Shown: positions 17,177 through 25,208 of the stretch, piece after piece
How positions within the stretch are numbered: the stretch's first letter is position 1
Layout of the letters: every line of letters starts with the position of its first letter
Source of the DNA: Candidatus Woesearchaeota archaeon
Lineage (GTDB): Archaea > Nanobdellota > Nanobdellia > Woesearchaeales > ARS49
Assembly: GCA_019323135.1 (NCBI GenBank)
Contig: JAHWHT010000002.1
Span: 1-34,904, forward strand
Direction: 5' to 3'
DNA: 34,904 nucleotides
Position numbers and translations under genes: made by a program
The notes under the pieces: model-generated
What the model was told of the DNA's origin: nothing
The model's input: only the letters and a program-made list of their open reading frames with translations
Database searches by the model: none

Positions 17177-17239
17177 GGTATTTTAGAGGATAAATTGAGG
17201 TTTTATAAATCTTATGCTATACACAAGCCAAGCGAAAGC

Positions 17240-17247
17240 TTTATAAA
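17240..17247 (+). promoter_or_regulatory. TATA box TTTATAAA for 5S rRNA
   Basis: 21 nt upstream of the 5S helix I start. Confidence 0.5.
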
Positions 17248-17268
17248 TCGCCTATTATTCTATACTTT

Positions 17269-17380
17269 TAGACGGCCATAGGGGTCGGGTTCCACCCAGT
17301 CTCATTCGAACCTGGCAGTTAAACCGACTTCCGTATCGAACTGTACTGCATTGCGCGGGAAACTCGATAAGCTGTCTACC
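17269..17380 (+). rRNA. 5S ribosomal RNA (archaeal type), stand-alone
   Basis: GACGGCCAUAG...CCAGUCUCAUUCGAACCUGG..AGUUAA..GUACUGC..GCGGGAAAC. Helix I is closed by 17269-17276 pairing with 17371-17378. A T8 terminator follows at 17381-17388. Confidence 0.85.
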
Positions 17381-17552
17381 TTTTTTTTAAAGCATTTATC
17401 GCAAATTCTAATACTATAATACATTTTGCGTTCACGACCCTGTGTCGTGCTGTTTTGATCAAACTTACGACGACACTGTCGTCGAAGTTCTCCGAGGTTC
17501 TCGGAGTAACTTTTTTTAAAAGTTTGTCGTTATAAGCTGTCTACCTTTTTTT
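17367..17552 (+). repeat. 21-nt direct repeat ATAAGCTGTCTACCTTTTTTT (17367-17387 and 17532-17552) flanking 144 bp
   Basis: The two copies are identical. The first copy is the 3' end of the 5S rRNA plus its oligo-T terminator. Confidence 0.9.
17433..17524. other. array of four perfect short hairpins (possible small ncRNA or bidirectional terminator block)
   Basis: cacgac-cctgt-gtcgtg (17433-49), cgacgac-act-gtcgtcg (17468-84), ctccgag-gtt-ctcggag (17490-506) and aactttt-ttt-aaaagtt (17508-24). Confidence 0.6.
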
Positions 17553-17578
17553 ATATTCTTAATTTAACAGAAGTAGTT

Positions 17579-18697
17579 TTATTTTATCTCTATCACAATT
17601 TCGCCGTTCTTTTCATTAATACTTTTAATATATTTGACTGACTTTAACTTTGCCTTCACTTCTTTCCAAGACATTGTTTTTCTCATTTTTTTGATTTCTG
17701 CAAAAAGTGTTTTCAAATCTTGGTATTTTTCATATATTTTTTCTCCTTTTAGTTGAAACTCTTTTGATTTATTTTCTTGATCTGTAAGATTCTTTCTCTG
17801 CATCTCTAATCTTTTCTCTATCTTCTCTAATCTCCCTGCGAATTTTTCTTCAACCTGCGCAATATCTTTCTTCTGTATGTCTTTAGATAACACAGAATCT
17901 ATTGCTTCACTATATGTTTTGAAATCTTCCTGGCGTTTTGTTGCATAATACTCTAACTTAAATGGAGTAATATCCGCAACCTCTTTCTTATCAAATACAA
18001 CAACAGGCTCTATTTTTTGCTGTAATAAAGACTGCATTGTTTTATATAATTTTTTTACTGCAGCGTTATCTAGGCTTTTTTCTGTTTTTTTAATGCAAAG
18101 TCTTAAGCAAATTTCTGCAGCATACAATCCTCCAATCCCTAATCCTACTGCTAATGTTTTAGAGATAGTGTCTTTAGAGGATTTTATTAATTTCTCAAAA
18201 TTTGTTAAACTAATATTAAATGGATTATGCTCTCGCGATGGTGGAGTGTATTCTTCCCCCTTTTTAACCAGTCTATCGGCCCATTTCTGTACAGACAAAG
18301 GCATAATAATCTTATTGTTCTGGCACAGAATTATATTTCCTTGTCCAAACAATTCAATAATTATATCGTATTTTTCGTCTTTTGTCTCAAACGCTAATTT
18401 AAGTATTCTTTCACCGCCTATCTGTTCTATTTTTCTTAATCTTGCATTAGACAAAACTTTTCTCAGTAACGCACAAAACCCATATATTTTTACAGGCATT
18501 TCTGGTTTTACTGCTGCCAACCAAATCATCCCAGGCAGGGTTATTCTCAGCATTTTTTTGCCAACTCTAGGAACATGAAAAGAAAACAGCACGTCTTGTT
18601 TTCCTGGCTGGTATATTTTATCTATTTTGCCGTCGACTAGTTGTGAGAATTCATCTAATAAATATTTCAATTCTATGCTTGAGAGCTCTTTTTTCAT
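17579..18697 (-). CDS. NFACT-N domain protein (Rqc2/RqcH/FbpA-family homologue), short form
   Basis: LSSIELKYLLDEFSQLVDGKIDKIYQP..DVLFSFH, followed by a coiled-coil K/E-rich region. ATG 18697 overlaps the upstream stop (ATGA). Confidence 0.65.
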   Translation of the reverse strand: MKKELSSIELKYLLDEFSQLVDGKIDKIYQPGKQDVLFSFHVPRVGKKMLRITLPGMIWLAAVKPEMPVKIYGFCALLRKVLSNARLRKIEQIGGERILKLAFETKDEKYDIIIELFGQGNIILCQNNKIIMPLSVQKWADRLVKKGEEYTPPSREHNPFNISLTNFEKLIKSSKDTISKTLAVGLGIGGLYAAEICLRLCIKKTEKSLDNAAVKKLYKTMQSLLQQKIEPVVVFDKKEVADITPFKLEYYATKRQEDFKTYSEAIDSVLSKDIQKKDIAQVEEKFAGRLEKIEKRLEMQRKNLTDQENKSKEFQLKGEKIYEKYQDLKTLFAEIKKMRKTMSWKEVKAKLKSVKYIKSINEKNGEIVIEIK

Positions 18698-19038
18698 ATT
18701 CCTAAGCCGATTAATATTATACCAATTATTATCGCAGTTATACCTGCCCATTTAAGCAGGTTCATCTTTTCTTTTAAATATTTAACTGCCAAAAATGTTG
18801 ATATTAAATACTGTATAGAAATAATAGGGTATAGCATAGAGAGTTCGCCGTCTCTCAAAGCAAAAATAAAGCACAGCATACCGATTCCAGAGATGCCTGC
18901 CCCTAAAATCAAAGGATAATTTCTTAGTTGTTTAAGATTTAGTTTAAATTTCTGTGTGCCTATTTTTATTAACACTATGCCTATTCCTCCGCACAATCCA
19001 GAGATAAGCGTTAAAATAATTGCCAGAGTCGTAGTCAT
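18694..19038 (-). CDS. small 4-TM EamA/SMR-like (DMT superfamily) protein, ArnE/ArnF-like
   Basis: 114 aa and hydrophobic, with an LYPIISIQYL motif similar to the AYPMLSLNFV region of ArnE. Paired with its neighbour through an ATGA overlap. Confidence 0.65.
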   Translation of the reverse strand: MTTTLAIILTLISGLCGGIGIVLIKIGTQKFKLNLKQLRNYPLILGAGISGIGMLCFIFALRDGELSMLYPIISIQYLISTFLAVKYLKEKMNLLKWAGITAIIIGIILIGLGI

Positions 19039-19385
19039 TTTTTACCAACTCCAATTAACGTAACGCCTAAAAATATAAACAATACGCCCAGCCATCGAAA
19101 TACAGTTATTGTTTCTTGAAAAATTAACAAGGCATATAACGTTGATATTATGTAGCTTACAGCCACAATAGGGTAAATAGTGGTTACTTCTGCATGTTTT
19201 AGAGCATAAACTAAAAATAAAAGTCCTAAAAAATAAAAGAATATTGCTGCAAGTATCGGCCAATTAGTTGTTATTTCTGGAAGACGTTCTCCTGCAAATT
19301 TTTGAAAAACAGTCGCAGTGCTGACAAATAATGCACATAAGAGAGCAAGGCCTATTGCCTTTAGCTTTGTCATTTCAGTCTCCAA
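19035..19385 (-). CDS. small 4-TM EamA/SMR-like (DMT superfamily) protein, ArnE/ArnF-like partner
   Basis: 116 aa, with TIYPIVAVSYI and a C-terminal GVTLIGVG. Possible alternative start at M5 (19373). Confidence 0.65.
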   Translation of the reverse strand: METEMTKLKAIGLALLCALFVSTATVFQKFAGERLPEITTNWPILAAIFFYFLGLLFLVYALKHAEVTTIYPIVAVSYIISTLYALLIFQETITVFRWLGVLFIFLGVTLIGVGKK

Positions 19386-21114
19386 GTAAGATTTCTAAGA
19401 TAGACCCATATGCTGGCCTGGTGATAAAAACGCCTATTGTTATTCCTGCAATTGTTGTTAATGCAAATCCTTTCAACAGTCCTGCTCCTGCAAATACTAA
19501 CGGAAGCATTGCTACTGCTGTTGTAAAGTATGCTACCATAATTATAAAGAATGCTTTTTTGAGTCTCTGTGTAAATCCGCCGTATTGAGTAGATTGGTCT
19601 TTTTTGAGTGTTTCGTCAGTAATTATGACTTGATCATCTACTCCAGTTCCTACTGCGATTATGATTCCTGCCACTGATGCCAAGTCTATATTCCATCCAA
19701 CTAATGCTGCAAAGCCTAAAAGAAGAACTACCTCGCCTACGCAGATAAATATCATAGATAATGCAATTTTTAAATATCTATATCTTATGAAAATTATTGC
19801 TGCAACAGACAATATTGCAAGTATTCCTACAAGAAGCGCGTTTTTGACAAATTGCGTTCCCAGCATAGGAGATATATTATCTGTTTTAACTATCTGCAGT
19901 TTTACTGGAAGACTTCCTGTAATAAGTATTGTTTGCAGTCTTTTCATTTCTTTCAATGATTGAATCATTGCATCTTGCTCTGTCGCACCAGCACCGGCAC
20001 CACTTATTGCAATTTCAGTTACTGCTCTGCCTTTCAAATCTGCAGCTATGTTTAATTGATCTACTTGTTTATCATCTAAGAATAATCTTAATTTTTCAGA
20101 TAAGTATTCGCCATGCTCTAATTTTTCTATGCGCAGGTCTTTTGTTGCGTCTGCTTGTTTCTGCGCAGCTGAAGGCGTTAGTGATATTGAGAACATGAAA
20201 TTACAGGCATATCCATTGTCAACTTTGCCGCATCCTCTGTTTGGATCTATTCCAGAGCATTCTGCAGTTCGGCAGACATATGTTACGTCTTCTCCACCTA
20301 CAAACACGGTAGTGTTTCCTACTTTTGCCTCAAATTTGCCTTGTTTTGCTAAAAGGTCTTGTACTTCTTCTTCTGTTGCTCCAGCAATCTCAACTAGAAT
20401 ATATTTATTTCCTTCACCCAGAAGCGCAGGCTTGTCTCGAACTTCTTTTACAATAACATCGGCAATACCATAGACATTTAATCTTTGTTTTAAGTTATCC
20501 ATGATGGTATTAATCATTTCATCGTCTACTTGTTCCTCGGGTTGCAATATAACTCTTGTTCCGCCCTGCAAATCCAATCCTTTTCTTATATTAGAAGTTG
20601 GAGCTTGAACAACACTCAATCCTAAATTTTCCACACCAATCAAGGTTTTTTGTATTTTAGGAACTATGATTGTTTTATTTATCGTCTGATTTACTTGAAT
20701 TGTTTTATTGTCTACTGTTTCATTTACCAGTATTGTTTCCTGTACTGTTTTCTGCTCAGTCTCATTAAGTTTTTGTGTCGCGTATTCCCCTTTTGTGAGT
20801 AAAGTATATGATTTCTTGTCTGTCTTTATTCTGATTGTCCGGTTTGCATCCAACGAATCAACAAACTCGTAATAATCAGATAGCGTGTGAATTGGCTGGT
20901 TGTTTATAGATAATATAACTTCTCTAGACATTGGAGAAACAGTTGCTTGCGGATTCTCTATTCCTGCTAATGCTGCAGAACTGTTTGCAGTTACTGATTT
21001 TATCGAAACTCCGTCATTAAAAGGATTCGGCCTTATTGAAATTATTGCAAATAACAGGAATACAATTAATATGATTATTCTCCAGTTCGTGAATAACTTT
21101 TTAATTTTACTCAT
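19375..21114 (-). CDS. secD: protein-export membrane protein SecD
   Basis: N-terminal TM, a large periplasmic-type domain (LGLDLQGG) and a C-terminal six-TM bundle (GVDDQVIITDE). Confidence 0.85.
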   Translation of the reverse strand: MSKIKKLFTNWRIIILIVFLLFAIISIRPNPFNDGVSIKSVTANSSAALAGIENPQATVSPMSREVILSINNQPIHTLSDYYEFVDSLDANRTIRIKTDKKSYTLLTKGEYATQKLNETEQKTVQETILVNETVDNKTIQVNQTINKTIIVPKIQKTLIGVENLGLSVVQAPTSNIRKGLDLQGGTRVILQPEEQVDDEMINTIMDNLKQRLNVYGIADVIVKEVRDKPALLGEGNKYILVEIAGATEEEVQDLLAKQGKFEAKVGNTTVFVGGEDVTYVCRTAECSGIDPNRGCGKVDNGYACNFMFSISLTPSAAQKQADATKDLRIEKLEHGEYLSEKLRLFLDDKQVDQLNIAADLKGRAVTEIAISGAGAGATEQDAMIQSLKEMKRLQTILITGSLPVKLQIVKTDNISPMLGTQFVKNALLVGILAILSVAAIIFIRYRYLKIALSMIFICVGEVVLLLGFAALVGWNIDLASVAGIIIAVGTGVDDQVIITDETLKKDQSTQYGGFTQRLKKAFFIIMVAYFTTAVAMLPLVFAGAGLLKGFALTTIAGITIGVFITRPAYGSILEILLGD

Positions 21115-22003
21115 GTTTTTTCTCCTTGCTCTCTAAATACCATCGAAGTATGCCTGTATTTTGTATCCAGGTATTCACTATGTCAAACACCAGGCCAATG
21201 ACAATAATTATCATTATCTGTTTTATTACGTCTGATGATGTGAATATGTATGCCAGCAATGCTGCTACAAGTGATGTTATAGACATAGTCATTCCTGTTT
21301 TCATAGAATCCATTATTCTACTAAATACCGTACCTTCTTTTCTCTTCAACACTCTTGTTGTCAATAATATATCAGTATCTACTGAATAACCTATAAGCAT
21401 AAGAAACGCTGCCACTCCTGCTGTCGTAAGTTTCATTCCCAACAAAGACACTGTTGCAAGTGTACACACAATATCTGATGTTGCTGCCAATATTACAAAA
21501 AAAGAAGGAACCCATGATCTGAATGTAATCAATACAACCAGCCCCATTGCAATAAATGCAATGATTACCGCAGTGATTGTCTGTCTAAAAAAGCTGGCCC
21601 CTAATGATGAACCCATGGACTCTATAGTATAATTATCTTCAGTTACTGTCAAAAAACCAGATTCACTTACCGCATTCTTAAGCGCATCCTCATCAGTATC
21701 AGATGCTTCTATAATTACAGATTTAATCATTCCTGCCTCTGTTAAGCGTCTTATTTCAATATCAGATTTAGGCAACTTATCATGTAAAATTGTGTCCAGT
21801 GCAATGATATCTATATCTGTATCTGTTGATACAGTCAATGTTATTCCGCCTTTCAGAGATACTCCTTTTTCAATAAATTCTCCAGTTGTTGCATAATTAT
21901 ATCCTAATACGCCTATTGCTAGAAATAACAAGACTATAGTACATAGCATTAATCCTTTGTATCTTTTATCGTATATATCTATTAATTTTGATTTTATTCC
22001 CAA
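21107..22003 (-). CDS. secF: protein-export membrane protein SecF
   Basis: IDIYDKRYKGLMLCTIVLL.., SLGASFF, GYSVDTDILL. The start is uncertain. TTG 22003 avoids overlap with the upstream gene, while the longest ORF starts at 22111. Confidence 0.8.
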   Translation of the reverse strand: MGIKSKLIDIYDKRYKGLMLCTIVLLFLAIGVLGYNYATTGEFIEKGVSLKGGITLTVSTDTDIDIIALDTILHDKLPKSDIEIRRLTEAGMIKSVIIEASDTDEDALKNAVSESGFLTVTEDNYTIESMGSSLGASFFRQTITAVIIAFIAMGLVVLITFRSWVPSFFVILAATSDIVCTLATVSLLGMKLTTAGVAAFLMLIGYSVDTDILLTTRVLKRKEGTVFSRIMDSMKTGMTMSITSLVAALLAYIFTSSDVIKQIMIIIVIGLVFDIVNTWIQNTGILRWYLESKEKKHE

Positions 22004-22064
22004 AACCCTACACCCGATTTCAGAGAATAAAGAGGTGTTTTTAAAGTTTGCGGTTGTATTGTTA

Positions 22065-22628
22065 TTAGAAGAATGTATTCCAAAGACCAGAATACACTTT
22101 AAACCCATCAAACATAGGTATTGGAAGCATATTGAAGATAAATAAGAACAAGTTTATCTGCTTTGTGATATACAAAATAAGTCTGGTATTTTTACTCAAA
22201 TTCTTTTTCTTTAGAAATGCCCAGCAGATAAAGAACAAGGTTAAGTTAACAAATGGTCCTGCAAAGGATATTGCAGATAATTGTAAAGGAGGTATTACAC
22301 AGTCTTTTGTCACACAGCTAATCTGCACATAAGCAGGAACAAAGAAGATGAATCCAGTCTGCAGCACCCGCAATAATACGCCTATCCCTAGCCAGGTATA
22401 TGCTGCATGAAAAGTAGCATTAAATCCAAAGCTTAGGGCTACAAACTTATGCCCTAATTCATGCAGGATTATCGCAGGAGCAGTAACCAAAACTGCAAAT
22501 TTAAAGCTCCGCCAGTCGAATCCAGTCTGGAATCTATCCTGTGTAAACTTAAATATTCCCATAAAGATATAGCCCACTACAAGACTCATCAATAATACGT
22601 CTAATAGTTCCATCAAGGATAGTATCAT
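22065..22628 (-). CDS. M50-family site-2 protease-like membrane metalloprotease
   Basis: HELGH plus NMLPIPMFDG (NxxPxxxxDG), polytopic. A TATA-like TTATAAAA lies about 24 nt upstream. Confidence 0.8.
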   Translation of the reverse strand: MILSLMELLDVLLMSLVVGYIFMGIFKFTQDRFQTGFDWRSFKFAVLVTAPAIILHELGHKFVALSFGFNATFHAAYTWLGIGVLLRVLQTGFIFFVPAYVQISCVTKDCVIPPLQLSAISFAGPFVNLTLFFICWAFLKKKNLSKNTRLILYITKQINLFLFIFNMLPIPMFDGFKVYSGLWNTFF

Positions 22629-22686
22629 GATTTTAGTTGAAACTTGTTTGTTTTATAATGTTTTCGAAAAATTGGAGAATGAGAAT

Positions 22687-22716
22687 AAAAAATCAACTGC
22701 CCCTCTGACGAGGCAG
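22687..22716 (-). terminator. hairpin (CTGCCTC-GTCAGA-GGGGCAG) followed by T6
   Basis: On the minus strand it follows the stop of the 32-codon poly-Lys ORF by about 18 nt. Confidence 0.55.
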
Positions 22717-22733
22717 TGAAAGGTTTGCTAAAA

Positions 22734-22832
22734 TTATTTTTTCTTTTTCTTTTTAGCTTTTTTCTTTTTCTTTTTAGCTTTCTTTTTTGCTTTTTTCTTA
22801 GCTTTTTTCTTCTTAGCTTTTTTCTTTGCCAT
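22734..22832 (-). CDS. 32-aa polycationic peptide MAKKKAKKKKAKKKAKKKAKKKKKKAKKKKKK
   Basis: My own translation. The ATG lies 8 nt downstream of AAGAGGTG (SD), TATA-like elements lie upstream, and a hairpin plus T-run lies downstream. It is below the size cutoff of the ORF track. Confidence 0.5.
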   Translation of the reverse strand: MAKKKAKKKKAKKKAKKKAKKKKKKAKKKKKK

Positions 22833-22934
22833 TTGCACTGCACCTCTTTTTCTTTTAAGGTTTTTAATAATATTATTTATCTTTTCATATATAAATGTTT
22901 TGTTTTAAAATGATTTTTTTAGAGAAAAGAAACT

Positions 22935-23891
22935 TTAACTTAGAAAAAAGTTTTTTAGTGTTCTATCAATGAAAAAAATTACTTTATCTAGAGTCTCATA
23001 AGAAATAGTTTTGAACTTGCTTATTTTGCCGCCAGAAGCATATGCGTGTCCGCCACCGTCGAATAATCGCGCTATTTTGATTAAATCCATATTACATCCA
23101 TCTCTTCTTCTAAAACTGATTCTTCCATTGCGATAAATCACAACGGAAACATCAACTGCTTGATGTGATGTAAGTATTTTATCTCCCGCATCAGCAGAAC
23201 TTAAAATGTTTGGCGATAAGCTAAAACCAAATCTTTTGTCAAGATATGGCTTTACCTGAAGTTTAGTTATCAATTGAGCAAATGCTTTTTGTTTTTTCTC
23301 AAGGTAATCTGTTCTTACTTTTTCGAATTTCTCCGACCATAAAACACCTTTAGACAAATTATTGATTAAATCTCTTTTATTGATGCCAGAAGAAATTAAG
23401 TCTGCGAGTTTTATTGCGCGTTCATCTTTTTTTATCCAGAATTCTATATCTCGTGCAATTAACTTTAGCTGTAATGCAACAGAATCCATTGCCAAGAATT
23501 TTTTCGCAACAAGATCTGCTGAACACATCATTTGCTCTCCTTGCTTAGAATTTTTCATTTTGCCTGAAAAATCAACAGTAGGAATATATTTTTTCATCAT
23601 CTCTAAAGTTTGCGAATCATAAGGATGATGGCTGTTCCAATAAACTATCTTATTGTGTTTGGATATATCTATCAGTTTTTGTTCAAAGTTCTCTATTTGA
23701 TCTGGAGGAAAATCTAATACAAAAAACAAGTTTCCTTTAGAATCTGCCATTTCTTGGAATTTCTCCTCTATATTTTGATAATTTAGAAATCCACCTATTC
23801 TGCATGCAGAATTTCTTAAGCGTGCATAGCGAAGGACAATTGCCGCTGCAGAGATGCCGTCTAATTGTTCAGAGCAGTAGATGACGTACAT
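22935..23891 (-). CDS. DHH/DHHA1-family phosphoesterase-like protein (degenerate DHH motifs)
   Basis: C-terminal DGGGHAYASGG is the DHHA1 GGGH motif. The N-terminal motifs are atypical (LDGISAAA, SHHP). Confidence 0.6.
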   Translation of the reverse strand: MYVIYCSEQLDGISAAAIVLRYARLRNSACRIGGFLNYQNIEEKFQEMADSKGNLFFVLDFPPDQIENFEQKLIDISKHNKIVYWNSHHPYDSQTLEMMKKYIPTVDFSGKMKNSKQGEQMMCSADLVAKKFLAMDSVALQLKLIARDIEFWIKKDERAIKLADLISSGINKRDLINNLSKGVLWSEKFEKVRTDYLEKKQKAFAQLITKLQVKPYLDKRFGFSLSPNILSSADAGDKILTSHQAVDVSVVIYRNGRISFRRRDGCNMDLIKIARLFDGGGHAYASGGKISKFKTISYETLDKVIFFIDRTLKNFFLS

Positions 23892-23936
23892 ATTATATTT
23901 TAGATATTAAGAATATATTAATTTTTTGGCATAGGT

Positions 23937-24542
23937 TTATATAGCCAAATTTTTGCTTAAATACACGCGAAATCCTGATTTTTTTGCTAAAGCCTCTACA
24001 TTACCGAAAACTTCTTTCATCTTTTTTTCCAGCTGCTCTCCCCCTTTCTGATGCCGTGCAACAAGCTGCAATGTTCCATTTTCATTCAAATGCTTCTTTG
24101 CGTCTTCTATTATTTGAAAACAAAGTTTTCTTCCTGCTGCCATCGGAGGATTGACTAAGATTGCATCAAATTTCTCGTCTTTAAACGGCTCATATAAATT
24201 TCCAGATTTTACAGTTGCCTCTATTTTATTTAATTTTATATTCTTTTTTGCAAGGTGGATTGCTCTTTTATTTACATCAGTCATGTAAACTTCTGTTCCT
24301 GGAAATGTTTTTTTGATTGCTATGCCGACAGGACCATACCCTGCGCAAATATCGAGAATTTTATCAGCCTCATTTATTATCGACTTATTTATCAGCAGCA
24401 TTGTAGCAGGATCTACGCGGTTAGGAGAAAACACCCCAGAACCCGTGTAAAATTTGAATGTTTTATCTCTTAATACTGCAGTGATTGTTCTTAGATTTAG
24501 TTCGCTTGTTGGTTTTTCAGAATAATAGTGCTGTTGTGTCAT
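23937..24542 (-). CDS. class I SAM-dependent methyltransferase, MTS (RsmC/RlmG-like) type
   Basis: ILDICAGYGPVG (motif I) and ILVNPPMAAG (NPPxxxG). Confidence 0.75.
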   Translation of the reverse strand: MTQQHYYSEKPTSELNLRTITAVLRDKTFKFYTGSGVFSPNRVDPATMLLINKSIINEADKILDICAGYGPVGIAIKKTFPGTEVYMTDVNKRAIHLAKKNIKLNKIEATVKSGNLYEPFKDEKFDAILVNPPMAAGRKLCFQIIEDAKKHLNENGTLQLVARHQKGGEQLEKKMKEVFGNVEALAKKSGFRVYLSKNLAI

Positions 24543-24548
24543 GGCTCT

Positions 24549-25208
24549 TTAGATTATCTTATACCAGAGATAAAGCAATTTATCTACTGATTTCAGCAGT
24601 TCAAAATCCTTGCCCTGCAATGTTACACAATTGTCTTGCATGATTATTTGTGTTGGTTCGCCTGCCACTAGGTGTATTACTGCTTTATCTTTATCATCGC
24701 AAGTCACAATGGATACATTTTCACAAGTTTCGTTTTCATATCGTGTGCATGCAGGAATTATCTGTTTATTGAACGCTTTGACTATGCTCTGGCTTAATTC
24801 TGCAGACGCTAATGCAAGATACTTAAATGAATCATCCTCTGAATATGGATCAAAAGTTATGTATACTTTGCTTTGTTGAAATTCTTCGCTTATATCACCC
24901 ACTACAGAAACGTTTTCAACTTCATATGGATTAAATCGTAATGCAAGAGACACTAATCTGTTTTCATGCTGCCATTGCGCATACCAGGTTCCTGCTATTT
25001 TAGTAAATTCAAAACTATTGAATGTAACTGTTTCATATGGTTCTGGTTCAGGATAGACATATTTTACCCCAAAGAATACTGCAAAAAATAATATTATGAA
25101 TCCAACAACCACTACAACCGCAACAAGTCTTATTTTTTTCTGGTCTTTTTTTTCTTTCTCTATTTCTTCAGAAGTTTTTTCTACCTTTACTTCTTTTTCT
25201 GCTTCCAT
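24549..25208 (-). CDS. hypothetical N-terminally anchored extracytoplasmic protein (paralogue of next gene)
   Basis: K/E-rich N-terminus and a single TM. It shares the blocks FxF, (I/V)T(F/Y)DP.S and DNCV.L with 25208..25795. Confidence 0.55.
   Translation of the reverse strand: MEAEKEVKVEKTSEEIEKEKKDQKKIRLVAVVVVVGFIILFFAVFFGVKYVYPEPEPYETVTFNSFEFTKIAGTWYAQWQHENRLVSLALRFNPYEVENVSVVGDISEEFQQSKVYITFDPYSEDDSFKYLALASAELSQSIVKAFNKQIIPACTRYENETCENVSIVTCDDKDKAVIHLVAGEPTQIIMQDNCVTLQGKDFELLKSVDKLLYLWYKII

Noticed and set aside
17388-17531. The 144-bp insert between the 5S 3'-end repeats considered as a MITE
   Set aside because: No terminal inverted repeats are present (TAAAGCATTTATCG versus the reverse complement of the end, AACGACAAACTTTT). 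A 21-nt duplication is also longer than typical transposase target-site duplications. It is kept as an unexplained repeat and hairpin block instead.
22740-22830. Periodic repeats (about 21 nt, ttctttttctttttagc..) considered as a possible CRISPR array or satellite
   Set aside because: There are no unique spacers between the repeats. The units are degenerate and contiguous, and they coincide with the AKKK-repeat coding frame, so this is low-complexity coding or polypurine DNA and not a CRISPR array.
22625-22843. 72-aa K/R-rich ORF (MQCKWQRKKLRRKK..) whose N-terminus superficially resembles ribosomal protein eL41 (M..KW.KK..RR.K)
   Set aside because: Its start is a GTG embedded in the GAGGTG Shine-Dalgarno of the overlapping ATG frame. 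It also reads through the hairpin/T6 terminator and the TATA region of the next gene. The K/R richness is an automatic consequence of the polypurine repeat. I keep it only as a remote alternative, or as a frameshift target of the 32-aa ORF.
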